A DNA stretch of 64,000 nucleotides from Posidoniimonas corsicana. GTDB taxonomy: Bacteria; Planctomycetota; Planctomycetia; Pirellulales; Lacipirellulaceae. Location of the stretch: positions 1,983,311 to 2,047,310 of the forward strand of contig NZ_SIHJ01000001.1 of assembly GCF_007859765.1 (NCBI RefSeq). Direction: 5' to 3'. The first letter of the stretch is position 1, and each line of letters begins with the position of its first letter. Under the pieces are notes generated by a model. The model did not search any database, was not told the DNA's origin, and worked only from the letters and a program-made list of their open reading frames with translations. The translations under genes were made by a program, and so were the position numbers. Below, in pieces: positions 22,044 through 29,298 of the stretch.

Positions 22044-22730
22044 TCAAAGGCTGCCGCGTTCGAACACGAGGCACTGGTCATGGAGACCAGGGATGAACGT
22101 CGAGCGGTAGACCCGCCGCGACGAAGTGTTGCCGTACTGCAACCGGATGATCTCGGTGCCCGCCATCCGGAGCCCTTCTTTCGCAGCCGCGGCAACCGTC
22201 AGGTGTGGAAGGGGCTGAAAGACGCCGCGTTCACTGTAGCCGCCGATCAGAATCGCGATCTTTCCGCGACGGGTCAGCACACCCTGGCAGTTTCGTAGAA
22301 CCAGCCGTAGCCGGGCGAAGAACGCTTCGAGCGTCGGCGCCGCGGACAGGCACCGCGGATCGTCGTTGTAAACGATCTGTCGCCAGTAGGGCGGGTGCAT
22401 CCAGGCAAAGTCGATTGGCCCCACCGCACCGTAGAGGTTGGGATCGGCAGCGTCCTGGTCGAAGCGTATGTCCATCGAAACGCACGGGATCGATAGCTCG
22501 CGGCAGACGTCGCGGCAGGTTCCGCTGCCCGTCATCGGGTCGAGCACCCGCTTCGGCTGGTAGTAGCAGAGCAAGTCTCGGATCAGGTAGCCGCCGCAGT
22601 TGCCGCGGTACTTCGGGGAACCATAGGGACCACGCCGGCGGGCGGCGTGGATGCTGTTGAGTTCGGGCACTGGGCTAGCGTTACGCGGAGCGGCCGGCAC
22701 CTCGATGAACTTAGGAAGGACGGTTTTCAT
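22044..22730 (-). CDS. DNA methyltransferase (N6-adenine/N4-cytosine class).
   Basis: Motif I DPMTGSGT and motif IV MHPPY (DPPY-type). Start ATG at 22730 is preceded by a GGAGGA RBS and overlaps the upstream ORF's stop as ATGA. Confidence 0.65.
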   Translation of the reverse strand: MKTVLPKFIEVPAAPRNASPVPELNSIHAARRRGPYGSPKYRGNCGGYLIRDLLCYYQPKRVLDPMTGSGTCRDVCRELSIPCVSMDIRFDQDAADPNLYGAVGPIDFAWMHPPYWRQIVYNDDPRCLSAAPTLEAFFARLRLVLRNCQGVLTRRGKIAILIGGYSERGVFQPLPHLTVAAAAKEGLRMAGTEIIRLQYGNTSSRRVYRSTFIPGLHDQCLVFERGSL

Positions 22731-23275
22731 GGCGTATCCTCCGGTTCGGGGTACAAGGCCTCGGCTGCTGCTGACAGTGTCTCCCAGTTGACGCCCACTG
22801 ACGCGTTGTGATGGAGCCGAGCCCGCTCTAGCACCTGCCATGCCTGCTCGTCGTTGAGATCGGGGCGAACCCTCCGAACTTCAATGACGGACCAAATGAT
22901 AGCCAAGCGATGGTGGCGGCGAAGTAGCCGTTGGACCACCTCGACCGCATCGGCCCAGGAGTTGTCTCCCGGGCCTTCGAAGATATAGTCGAAGCGGCTC
23001 ATCGGGCGCCTCCCGGCACCAGTCGCATCGTCGGGTTCCGCTGCGTACGCTTCACCGACGGCGTCGAATGCCTTGCTTGCTAGATGGGCTACCCGCAGCA
23101 GCTCACTGCGGTTGAGGTAGTTGGTGTCGTGCCAGTTCCCATCGGCGTCGGTGTAGGACCGGGTCAGCGTAATCGAGTAGCGAGTTCGACCTTCGTCTGT
23201 CGTGTTGGCCCAGATGGTCGCCTTGAGCGCTCCGTCGCGAAGCGTGGCGAAGGGTTGGTTTATTGGTGTTGTCAT
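22727..23275 (-). CDS. Hypothetical protein, translationally coupled upstream partner of the DNA methyltransferase.
   Basis: 182 aa ORF with an AAGGAG RBS 6-8 nt upstream of the ATG. A 4-nt ATGA overlap with the MTase start suggests an operon. No recognisable domain. Confidence 0.4.
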   Translation of the reverse strand: MTTPINQPFATLRDGALKATIWANTTDEGRTRYSITLTRSYTDADGNWHDTNYLNRSELLRVAHLASKAFDAVGEAYAAEPDDATGAGRRPMSRFDYIFEGPGDNSWADAVEVVQRLLRRHHRLAIIWSVIEVRRVRPDLNDEQAWQVLERARLHHNASVGVNWETLSAAAEALYPEPEDTP

Positions 23276-23600
23276 GAGACTTCTCCTTTTCTGTTTGAGT
23301 TAACGATGCCAAGCAACTGGCGACCGCTAAGAGCGGGTCGCTCAAGGGTCTGCCTTCGGCCGGGGTGAAATGGGGAGGGGGCCCCGCTGCAACCCCGCCC
23401 TTGAACGCCCGCTCGCGGGCACCAGGCTGCATCGACGCTTAATCTCATACAGAAAGGAGTCGATGGCTGACCGACACCTAAAAGCGCGAACCCTAGGCCG
23501 GGACGGTCGGTCCGTCAGTGCGAGGTCGTCACCGTCGTCAATTGTGTCAGGAGGTGCATCATGAGCCGCCCAGCCAACGAAGAGCCGTCTTTTCGAGCCG

Positions 23601-23768
23601 ATGAGCAAGCGCCGTCGTGGCTACCCGTCCGAGACGCAGGTCAAGATCGGCGTCAGGGTCGTTCACGGCGATAAGCTGATGGAAGAGAAGCTCGGCCGCA
23701 ACGACCTGTGCCCGTGTGGCAGCGGTACGCGGTTCAAGCGTTGCTGCCTGAAGCGGGGTCGGTTTTGA
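23601..23768 (+). CDS. Small SEC-C motif (SecA C-terminal-like metal-binding) protein, 55 aa.
   Basis: Translation ends ...[20 protein letters not shown], matching the SEC-C motif CPCGSG..(K/R)CC. Below the ORF-track size cutoff. Confidence 0.4.
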   Translation: MSKRRRGYPSETQVKIGVRVVHGDKLMEEKLGRNDLCPCGSGTRFKRCCLKRGRF

Positions 23769-23807
23769 CGGGGTGAACCGGGACCACTACTTTTAGGGAA
23801 GCTTAGA

Positions 23808-25202
23808 ATGCTCCCTCGCGAGGCCCGCACCGGTTTTGGTGTTGGGCCCCGTTTGTATTGCAGGACGCCAGAAGCACGCATGCGAAAGTTGTCGGACAAA
23901 GCCCGCCAAGCGGCCCAAGAACTCTACGAAATCGACCAGCAGAAAAGCTGGTTTGGCAGTCCACGTCGGGGTGGCGATATCGTTGCGCGGATCGTGGAAT
24001 TAGCCGCTTACGGGGAGCCTGCGTCGATCCCTTGCGTCTGCCGCTTTCTCTGCGCCAAGGAACCAGCCGTCAGGGAAACGTCCGTTGAGGCGATCGCGGC
24101 GATCCTCTCAACGCTGGCGCCACTGGAATTGCTTCAACTGGCTGACGCCTTCAACTGGGAGTATGGCTGGCATGCCGGCCAAGAGTGGAGCCAGCTCCGG
24201 AAGAAGTCGGTGCGCAAGCTTGCTCAGACGAGGGACGGAGAGCCTTCGGCGGCGGTGCTGGGCATGCTCAGCTTCCACCGAAACGGGTACGTGCGTGAAG
24301 AGGCGGTGAAGCTGTTGGCCGAGATATCAGACGGCGGCGAAGTGCCGTTCTTGCTGATCCGTCAGAACGACTGGGTTGCGGCGATCAGCCGTCGAGCGCA
24401 GGACGCCGTGAAGCAGCGTCTGGAATACTCTTATTCCCAGTACTGGTTCCACAACCTCGACCTGATTGCTCACCTGCCTGAGTTTGGTCGCAACGACCTG
24501 TCGCACATCACCGACGCGGCGTTCGCACAACTTCTGGAACCCGAGCATGCCGAGCGTCTCGCTACGCTGCTCTCGTCCGGCGATCGCAAAACGGTCCGGC
24601 GGTTTGTGAAGCGGGGTTTCGAGCTGCCTGGCTCGCACGCTGAGCGCGTCGCCCGACTAGGCATCGACTTGGAAGATGCGGTCGTGCGGCTCTGGTCCGC
24701 TCGCCGCCAGTTGTCGCTGGCCACTGACGACCTGCTCGTCGATCGCCTGCTCCGCGATGGTTTCGCTCCTATACGCCGCGAGGCCTACATCGCCCGTGCC
24801 GAGGCAAGTCGTGGGGAGGAGGCCAAGGTCTGGAGGCAAGCGGCCTTCGATCGGAGCGCTGGGATACGCGACTTGGCTCGATTTCAACTGAGGAAGCTTG
24901 GCTACACGAATCTCCGCCAGGAGTACCTGGCCCGTTTGAACCACAATTCGGAGGATCTGGCCGCCCTAATGGGCCTAGCGGAATGCGCCGAGGCGCCAGA
25001 CGCACAGCGGCTCAGAGAATATTGTACGCACGAACGTCCGCGGTTCCGCCGCGTAGCGATTGCTGGGCTAACTCGCCTCATGGGAGCGTCGATCGCTGAT
25101 GATCTGGTGGGATGGCTGGACGACCCGAGCCCGGCGGTCGCCAAGCAAGCAGCTCGTTCGCTTCAAGAGTTCGCCACCGTCTTGGCGGCGGAGAAGCTCT
25201 GA
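23808..25202 (+). CDS. HEAT/PBS-lyase-like repeat protein.
   Basis: Repeated EPAVRETSVEAIAAIL and DPSPAVAKQAARSLQEF segments typical of HEAT repeats. Ends at a TGA that is followed in the same frame by another HEAT-like ORF. Confidence 0.5.
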   Translation: MLPREARTGFGVGPRLYCRTPEARMRKLSDKARQAAQELYEIDQQKSWFGSPRRGGDIVARIVELAAYGEPASIPCVCRFLCAKEPAVRETSVEAIAAILSTLAPLELLQLADAFNWEYGWHAGQEWSQLRKKSVRKLAQTRDGEPSAAVLGMLSFHRNGYVREEAVKLLAEISDGGEVPFLLIRQNDWVAAISRRAQDAVKQRLEYSYSQYWFHNLDLIAHLPEFGRNDLSHITDAAFAQLLEPEHAERLATLLSSGDRKTVRRFVKRGFELPGSHAERVARLGIDLEDAVVRLWSARRQLSLATDDLLVDRLLRDGFAPIRREAYIARAEASRGEEAKVWRQAAFDRSAGIRDLARFQLRKLGYTNLRQEYLARLNHNSEDLAALMGLAECAEAPDAQRLREYCTHERPRFRRVAIAGLTRLMGASIADDLVGWLDDPSPAVAKQAARSLQEFATVLAAEKL

Positions 25203-25205
25203 GGC

Positions 25206-25523
25206 GTGCTGGAGCGGTCGCCGACCGTGCGCGGCAAGAGCCTCTGCCTGCGGCTGCTGTTCGAGATGGGGAAGTGGAAGAGCCTCCCGTGGCTGATCCG
25301 GGCCTTCAAGCTCGAAGACCCGTCCTTGCGCGAGCTGGCAGAGCAACTGGCGCTGACTTGGCTCAATAGCAATCGCGTTTTCACTAAGCCTTCCCGTTTA
25401 GAGCGTGAGGCGATCATCGACGCCTACGCAGCCGCTGAAGCAATCATGCCCAAAACCTTCGCCGAAGAGCTACAATCGAGGTTGTCGTTTCGCCTAACGG
25501 ACGGGCCAGAAGAGCCCAGCTAA
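25206..25523 (+). CDS. In-frame continuation of the HEAT-repeat ORF after a single TGA. Possible readthrough, pseudogene or separate small gene.
   Basis: Same reading frame as 23808-25202, separated by one TGA codon. Sequence continues with HEAT-like DPSLRELAEQLALTWL. Confidence 0.3.
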   Translation: MLERSPTVRGKSLCLRLLFEMGKWKSLPWLIRAFKLEDPSLRELAEQLALTWLNSNRVFTKPSRLEREAIIDAYAAAEAIMPKTFAEELQSRLSFRLTDGPEEPS

Positions 25524-25586
25524 CGGCTGCTGGGCAGCGAACTGGCTGAGAGCGCCCCCGGCCAGGGCAAAAGGAAACAAGACGCT

Positions 25587-26027
25587 ATGTCCGCAAGCGA
25601 CCTCACGCAGGAGTCAGGCCCCGACCTCGTCGAGCTGGCTCGCGCGATTGCTACTAGCGCCGACGAGGGTCAGTTCCGCCGAGACAGCGTTACGCCATAC
25701 ATCGAGCACCCCGCCGCGGTCGCGTCGCGTGCCCCCAAGTCGCCAGAATCCCAGGCTGCCGCGTGGCTGCACGACGTGCTGGAAGACACCGACCTCTCCG
25801 CCGCCGACCTGCTGGCGCAGGGGATCCCTGCTAGGGTCGTCGATGCTGTCGAAGCGCTCACCAAGCAAGAGGGCTTGTCGTACGAAGAGAACCTCGAACG
25901 GGTGGATGCGAACGAACTGGCCAAGGGCGTCAAGATCGCCGACATGCTGAGCAACCTCGCGGACAGCCCCACCAAGAGCCAGATTTGCAAGTACGCCCGC
26001 GGCCTGCTGAAGCTGCTGGTCGAATAG
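25587..26027 (+). CDS. HD-domain protein, RelA/SpoT-type small (p)ppGpp hydrolase-like.
   Basis: YIEHPAAVA...WLHDVLEDT matches the RelA/SpoT HD hydrolase signature (HPL.VA ... HDV.EDT). 146 aa single-domain protein. Confidence 0.6.
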   Translation: MSASDLTQESGPDLVELARAIATSADEGQFRRDSVTPYIEHPAAVASRAPKSPESQAAAWLHDVLEDTDLSAADLLAQGIPARVVDAVEALTKQEGLSYEENLERVDANELAKGVKIADMLSNLADSPTKSQICKYARGLLKLLVE

Positions 26028-26443
26028 ACCACGGCTGTGTCTCGCCCCGAACGCCTCAGCGTCCGTCCCTGAGAACTGGGCCGGCAGGAAATACCAGGTT
26101 TCTGGAAAAAGCGGGCGAACCTCTGGCTTGTTTCCGACATCTATAGTTACCGAACGCGACCCGCGGTGTTTAAAGCGGGTAGACTAGAACTGGAAGCACT
26201 TCTTCTCCGGAGACGGAATCATGTTACGGCTGAGTCTCATACGCTCATCGCTCCCGGCGAATACCGCCGGCTTGCCGTTTGCCTATAGGGCGAGCGATAA
26301 GCCCGGTTATGCGCCCGCCGGCGAACAATGGCGTTTATGACACTCGGCCAATCTCTTTGATGAGCCCGAGGCCCGGTGTCAGAGCGACATCGGGCTTTTT
26401 CTTTGGCTCCTGCCGATCGAAGAGGCCGACCCCACGACAACTT

Positions 26444-26515
26444 GGGCTGGTAGCTGAGACGGTATAGCGGCGGTCTGAAGAACCGCAGACGAGGATTCGA
26501 GCGTCTCCCGGCCCA
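26444..26515 (+). tRNA. tRNA-Phe (GAA).
   Basis: 7-bp acceptor gggctgg/ccggccc with one GU. Anticodon arm gcggt-CTGAAGA-accgc. T-loop TTCGAGC. Confidence 0.6.
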
Positions 26516-26553
26516 CTCTGCGCACCCGGTGCGCGCACAACGAGACACGACAC

Positions 26554-26625
26554 GCCCCGTTGGTCTAACGGCGAGGATAGCGGGCTTTCAATCCGCAGAT
26601 GAGGGTTCGATTCCCTCACGGGGTG
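26554..26625 (+). tRNA. tRNA-Glu (TTC).
   Basis: Acceptor gccccgt/acggggt. D-stem gtct/ggat. Anticodon loop CTTTCAA. T-arm gaggg-TTCGATT-ccctc. Confidence 0.65.
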
Positions 26626-26634
26626 CTGAGTAAT

Positions 26635-26725
26635 CAGAACGTAGCGAAGTTTGGCATCGCGCTTGGCTTGGGGCCAAGAGCCGCGTTGCCGAGGAGACAG
26701 AGCGGTTCGAGTCCGCCCGTTCTGA
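26635..26725 (+). tRNA. Aberrant 91-nt tRNA-Pro(TGG)-like gene with a 22-nt unpaired insertion in the variable region. Possible pseudogene.
   Basis: Perfect 7-bp acceptor cagaacg/cgttctg. D-arm gcga..tcgc. Anticodon arm cttgg-CTTGGGG-ccaag. The variable region agccgcgttgccgaggagacag does not fold into a hairpin. Confidence 0.35.
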
Positions 26726-26734
26726 CTGACAATT

Positions 26735-26807
26735 CGGGCGGAGGTGCAGATGAGAGCACGCCTGCTTTGGGAGCAGGAGGGTTTCGGTTCGACTCCGAGG
26801 CGCCCGA
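26735..26807 (+). tRNA. tRNA-Pro (TGG).
   Basis: Anticodon arm cctgc-TTTGGGA-gcagg. T-arm ttcgg-TTCGACT-ccgag. Acceptor pairs 6 of 7. Confidence 0.6.
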
Positions 26808-26814
26808 CTTACAC

Positions 26815-26886
26815 GGTAGTCGAGGGCTGGTTGCCCGAACCCGGCTGATAACCGGGTGGCGCTGAGTTCGATTCCCAGGGCTACCA
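26815..26886 (+). tRNA. tRNA-Ile (GAT).
   Basis: Acceptor ggtagtc/ggctacc. Anticodon arm cccgg-CTGATAA-ccggg. T-loop TTCGATT. Confidence 0.55.
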
Positions 26887-26968
26887 CTTACTTGGAACTT
26901 CGCGAACCACGAGGAGATACACAATGTCGATCGTCCTGCGATGCAAACGGATACGCCCAACCATCATT

Positions 26969-27040
26969 CGGGTTGTGGTGTAACGGCAGCATCCCTGGCT
27001 TATAACCAGGTGGGTGTGGGTTCGAATCCTACCGGCCCGA
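26969..27040 (+). tRNA. tRNA with anticodon TAT (Ile-AUA decoding type, unusual in bacteria).
   Basis: Acceptor cgggttg/cggcccg with GU pairs. Anticodon arm cctgg-CTTATAA-ccagg. T-arm gtggg-TTCGAAT-cctac. Confidence 0.5.
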
Positions 27041-27050
27041 CTCAAAGCAC

Positions 27051-27123
27051 TGGCGCGTAGCTCAGTGGTGAGAGCGACGACCTTATAAGTCGTGGGTCGG
27101 AGGTTCAATTCCTCCCGCGCCAA
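27051..27123 (+). tRNA. Second, distinct tRNA with anticodon TAT.
   Basis: Perfect acceptor tggcgcg/cgcgcca. Canonical D-arm gctc-agtggtga-gagc. Anticodon arm acgac-CTTATAA-gtcgt. T-loop TTCAATT. Confidence 0.6.
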
Positions 27124-27134
27124 TTGAACAACAT

Positions 27135-27207
27135 GGGACTGAGGTGTTAGCGGCAGCATCCCCGGCTCTTAACCGGCGGGGTGAGGGTTCGAGTCCCTCT
27201 GGTCCCA
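27135..27207 (+). tRNA. tRNA-Lys (CTT).
   Basis: Acceptor gggactg/tggtccc with GU pairs. Anticodon loop CTCTTAA. T-arm gaggg-TTCGAGT-ccctc. Confidence 0.6.
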
Positions 27208-27291
27208 CTGATTTTGATGGCGGATGGCAAGCATGAGTCGTGTCGCAGCATTGCTCGGCATGGAGAGCTCGTCATGCGTTCGACATGAAAG

Positions 27292-27363
27292 GCACTGGTC
27301 GTCTAGCGGCGAAGACTCCGCTCTCGTACAGCGGCGACGCCGGTTCGAGTCCGGCCCGGTGCT
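27292..27363 (+). tRNA. tRNA-Thr (CGT).
   Basis: Acceptor gcactgg/ccggtgc. Anticodon arm ccgct-CTCGTAC-agcgg. T-arm gccgg-TTCGAGT-ccggc. Confidence 0.65.
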
Positions 27364-27398
27364 CTGATGTTCTTTGACAACTTACTTTCCATTGCTTT

Positions 27399-27469
27399 GC
27401 GCCCATGATGTAGTGGCAGCCTTCCTGCTTGCCATGCAGGGTGTGTCGGTTCGATTCCGGCTGGGCGCA
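27399..27469 (+). tRNA. tRNA-Gly (GCC).
   Basis: Perfect acceptor gcgccca/tgggcgc. Anticodon arm cctgc-TTGCCAT-gcagg. T-loop TTCGATT. Confidence 0.65.
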
Positions 27470-27477
27470 TTGAGTTT

Positions 27478-27567
27478 CAGGGCGTGGGAAAGCCTGGCCA
27501 GTGTCTCTGGAGACGGGGCGCGTACCTCGGGCGCACGAGATCGCTGGTTCAAATCCAGCCGTCCTGA
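27478..27567 (+). tRNA. Atypical 90-nt tRNA-like gene with a potential 8-bp acceptor stem. Anticodon arm not resolvable by eye. Not selenocysteine, as there is no UCA loop.
   Basis: T-arm gctgg-TTCAAAT-ccagc. Acceptor cagggcg/cgtcctg, extendable to 8 bp with t/a. The internal region contains hairpins gtct-ctgg-agac and gcgc..gcgc but no clean 5-7-5 anticodon arm. Confidence 0.3.
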
Positions 27568-27576
27568 CTCACTTGA

Positions 27577-27648
27577 TCCGGTGTAGCCAAACGGTAAGGC
27601 GGCGGCCTGTTAAGTCGACGAGTGGAGGTTCGATTCCTCCCACCGGAG
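27577..27648 (+). tRNA. tRNA-Asn (GTT).
   Basis: Perfect acceptor tccggtg/caccgga. Anticodon loop CTGTTAA. T-arm ggagg-TTCGATT-cctcc. Confidence 0.65.
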
Positions 27649-27656
27649 CTACAGAT

Positions 27657-27744
27657 GGAAGGGCAAGCCAACGGGCGATGGCAGCTGCCTCGAAAGCAGT
27701 CGAGCGCCGAGCGCGCCTTGTGAGTTCGACTCTCACTCCTTCCG
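27657..27744 (+). tRNA. tRNA-Ser (CGA), class II with long variable arm.
   Basis: Acceptor ggaaggg/tccttcc. Anticodon arm gctgc-CTCGAAA-gcagt. Variable-arm hairpin gcgc-cga-gcgc. T-loop TTCGACT. Confidence 0.6.
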
Positions 27745-27750
27745 CTTCAC

Positions 27751-27822
27751 GTGTCCTTGGCCGAGCGGCAGAGGCTCCGGGCTTCCAACCCGGCCAGGCG
27801 GGTTCGACTCCCGCAGGGCACA
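27751..27822 (+). tRNA. tRNA-Gly (TCC).
   Basis: Perfect acceptor gtgtcct/agggcac with one GU. Anticodon arm ccggg-CTTCCAA-cccgg. T-arm gcggg-TTCGACT-cccgc. Confidence 0.6.
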
Positions 27823-27842
27823 CTTTCGATGCAAGCAATTTT

Positions 27843-27917
27843 TCCGGCGTCGTCGCTGTTGGTAGTGATGCCTGGCTTTGAACCAGGAGTCCGTAGGTTC
27901 GATTCCTACCCCCGGAA
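27843..27917 (+). tRNA. tRNA-Gln (TTG).
   Basis: U1-A72. Anticodon arm cctgg-CTTTGAA-ccagg. T-arm gtagg-TTCGATT-cctac. One C-C mismatch in the acceptor. Confidence 0.55.
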
Positions 27918-27933
27918 CTAACGAGACAACCTC

Positions 27934-28004
27934 TGCGGGGTCGTCTAAAGGCAGGACGGGGCGCTCTGAACGCCTTGGTGTTGGTTCGATTCCAGCCCCC
28001 GCAG
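27934..28004 (+). tRNA. tRNA-Gln (CTG).
   Basis: Perfect acceptor tgcgggg/ccccgca. Anticodon loop CTCTGAA. T-loop TTCGATT. Confidence 0.6.
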
Positions 28005-28009
28005 CTTAC

Positions 28010-28094
28010 GGAAGCCATCCGGCTGGATGAGGACGCTGTCTTGAAAACAGTTGGTCGCACCGGCGACTTGGGGGTTCGAGTCCCTCGGCTTCCG
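28010..28094 (+). tRNA. tRNA-Ser (TGA), class II.
   Basis: Perfect acceptor ggaagcc/ggcttcc. Anticodon arm gctgt-CTTGAAA-acagt. Variable-arm hairpin gtcgc-accg-gcgac. T-loop TTCGAGT. Confidence 0.65.
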
Positions 28095-28107
28095 CTCAAC
28101 TCAACAC

Positions 28108-28180
28108 GGTCCTGTGGCCTAGCGGCAAAGGCAGCTTCCTTACAAGAAGATGATCGGTGGTTCGAGTCCACCCAGGACTA
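28108..28180 (+). tRNA. tRNA-Val (TAC).
   Basis: Acceptor ggtcctg/caggact. Anticodon loop CTTACAA. T-arm ggtgg-TTCGAGT-ccacc. Confidence 0.6.
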
Positions 28181-28222
28181 CTCGTTACGTTTTTAAACGC
28201 ACTTGGGAACAAGGAGGCTCAG

Positions 28223-28492
28223 ATGAGCAAAAGCGTCCGCTACCGACAATGCACGATGCGTCGTCCCATAAGCAGGGGCTCGGTCGTTACGACCTCCTAC
28301 ATCCCTCACCAGTACGCGAAGCTTGGCAGAGTGCTCAAGCTGAAAGACGCCGACGATTCGTGGGTCGATGGTTGGGTCGTCGAGAAAGTTGGCGACGCCG
28401 TTATCGAAGCCAGCGAACTGCCTGACTACCGCAAGGCTATCAAAAACCACCGCAAGTCGACCGGCGACAGCACTCGTCGCAGTAAGAACTGA
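28223..28492 (+). CDS. Small hypothetical protein (89 aa) embedded inside the tRNA array.
   Basis: ATG at 28223 preceded by an AGGAGG RBS. ORF MSKSVRYRQCTMRRPISRG... followed by a hairpin ccgggg-aacgct-ccccgg. No recognisable domain. Confidence 0.45.
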   Translation: MSKSVRYRQCTMRRPISRGSVVTTSYIPHQYAKLGRVLKLKDADDSWVDGWVVEKVGDAVIEASELPDYRKAIKNHRKSTGDSTRRSKN

Positions 28493-28509
28493 CGAACGAC
28501 TCTGTGCTG

Positions 28510-28527
28510 CCGGGGAACGCTCCCCGG
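28510..28527 (+). terminator. Hairpin (terminator-like, no U-tract) after the embedded small ORF.
   Basis: Inverted repeat ccgggg/ccccgg with a 6-nt loop immediately after the stop at 28490-28492. Confidence 0.3.
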
Positions 28528-28545
28528 CGCGCAGAGCAGCTGACA

Positions 28546-28618
28546 TGCCCAGATACGCCAACGGCGAGCGGCCTGGCTTAGGATCAGGTGTTTGCAGGTT
28601 CGACTCCTGCCCGGCGCA
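28546..28618 (+). tRNA. tRNA-like gene with a Leu(TAG)-type anticodon loop but class-I length. Its 5' acceptor strand could not be paired. Possible pseudogene.
   Basis: T-arm gcagg-TTCGACT-cctgc. Anticodon-like arm cctgg-CTTAGGA-tcagg. No 7-mer upstream complements the 3' strand ccggcgc. Confidence 0.25.
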
Positions 28619-28630
28619 CTGAGACAACAT

Positions 28631-28701
28631 GGCCCGCTCTTTTAATGGCAGGATGCGAGACCCTCATTCTCGTGACGCGGGTTCGACTCCCGCACGGGCT
28701 A
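28631..28701 (+). tRNA. Atypical tRNA, anticodon CTC (Glu-like), with C at position 33 and a weak D-stem.
   Basis: Acceptor ggcccgc/acgggct (6 of 7). Anticodon arm cgaga-CCCTCAT-tctcg. T-arm gcggg-TTCGACT-cccgc. Confidence 0.4.
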
Positions 28702-28708
28702 CTGATAT

Positions 28709-28808
28709 GGCCAAGTGGTGGAATAGGTAGACACGCGACACTCAGAATGTCGTGCCACTCGTGGCGTGGGAGTTCGCGCCGTCTACCGAAGAAAGGGCCC
28801 CTTGGCTA
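28709..28808 (+). tRNA. tRNA-Leu(CAG)-like, aberrant (about 100 nt), with a degenerate T-arm and a 17-nt insertion before the 3' acceptor. Likely pseudogene.
   Basis: Leu-type D-arm ggtggaataggtagacacg. Anticodon arm cgaca-CTCAGAA-tgtcg. Variable hairpin gcca-ctcg-tggc. T-loop-like TTCGCGC lacks A58. Acceptor ggccaag/cttggct pairs only across the long span. Confidence 0.3.
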
Positions 28809-28816
28809 CTGACTGA

Positions 28817-28884
28817 TGCGGGTGAGCCAGGCTCAGCCGGGCCTCATAAGCCTGGACCGTCGGGTGCGACTCCCGGACCCGCTA
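28817..28884 (+). tRNA. Short (68 nt) tRNA with anticodon CAT (Met/initiator-like). U1-U72 mismatch and a reduced D-arm.
   Basis: Anticodon arm cgggc-CTCATAA-gcctg. T-arm tcggg-TGCGACT-cccgg. Acceptor pairs 6 of 7 with an unpaired 1-72. Confidence 0.35.
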
Positions 28885-28893
28885 CTTACCGAT

Positions 28894-28969
28894 GACTGGG
28901 TACGCAAATCGGCAAAGCGACCAGGTCGAGAGCCTGGTGATTTTGTGGGTTCGACTCCCACCCTGGTCA
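28894..28969 (+). tRNA. Atypical tRNA, anticodon loop UCGAGAG (GAG, C33), with a 7-nt variable loop and a 3-bp D-stem with large loop.
   Basis: Perfect acceptor gactggg/cctggtc with GU pairs. Anticodon arm ccagg-TCGAGAG-cctgg. T-arm gtggg-TTCGACT-cccac. Confidence 0.4.
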
Positions 28970-28975
28970 CTCAAT

Positions 28976-29048
28976 GATCCCGTGGTCCAACGGCTACGAC
29001 GCCTGGATGACACCCGGGAGAGTGATGGTTCGACTCCATACGGGATCA
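28976..29048 (+). tRNA. tRNA-Val (GAC).
   Basis: Perfect acceptor gatcccg/cgggatc. Anticodon arm cctgg-ATGACAC-ccggg. T-loop TTCGACT. Confidence 0.55.
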
Positions 29049-29052
29049 CTTT

Positions 29053-29123
29053 GGTCTGTAAGTGTTTCGGCCGCACGCGTCCGTGGTAAGGACGAGGGCC
29101 GGGTTCAATTCCCGGACGGACCT
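29053..29123 (+). tRNA. tRNA-Thr (GGT).
   Basis: Acceptor ggtctgt/acggacc. D-stem gtg/cac. Anticodon arm cgtcc-GTGGTAA-ggacg. T-arm ccggg-TTCAATT-cccgg. Confidence 0.6.
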
Positions 29124-29133
29124 CTTGAAAGAT

Positions 29134-29206
29134 GGGCTGGCATGTTCCAAGGGGGCGACTGACTCTTGCAAAGTCGGTGCGAAGGGTTCGATTCCCTTCC
29201 GGTCCA
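29134..29206 (+). tRNA. tRNA-Ala (TGC).
   Basis: Acceptor gggctgg/ccggtcc with the G3-U70 Ala identity pair. Anticodon arm tgact-CTTGCAA-agtcg. T-arm aaggg-TTCGATT-ccctt. Confidence 0.65.
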
Positions 29207-29216
29207 CTCACAACGA

Positions 29217-29287
29217 GGGCTCATGGTCCAACGGGACGACACCGGCTCGGCAGGCCGGGAATCTGGGTTCGATTCCCAGTGGGTCCA
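29217..29287 (+). tRNA. tRNA-Ala (GGC) with an atypical anticodon loop (C33).
   Basis: Acceptor gggctca/tgggtcc with G3-U70. D-stem gtc/gac. Anticodon arm ccggc-TCGGCAG-gccgg. T-arm ctggg-TTCGATT-cccag. Confidence 0.5.
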
Positions 29288-29298
29288 CTGACAATTTC

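Noticed and set aside
27478-27567. The 90-nt tRNA-like gene with a potential 8-bp acceptor stem was considered as a selenocysteine tRNA (selC).
   Set aside because: No UCA anticodon loop could be found, and no selA/selB/SECIS context is present in the window. It is left as an unresolved atypical tRNA.
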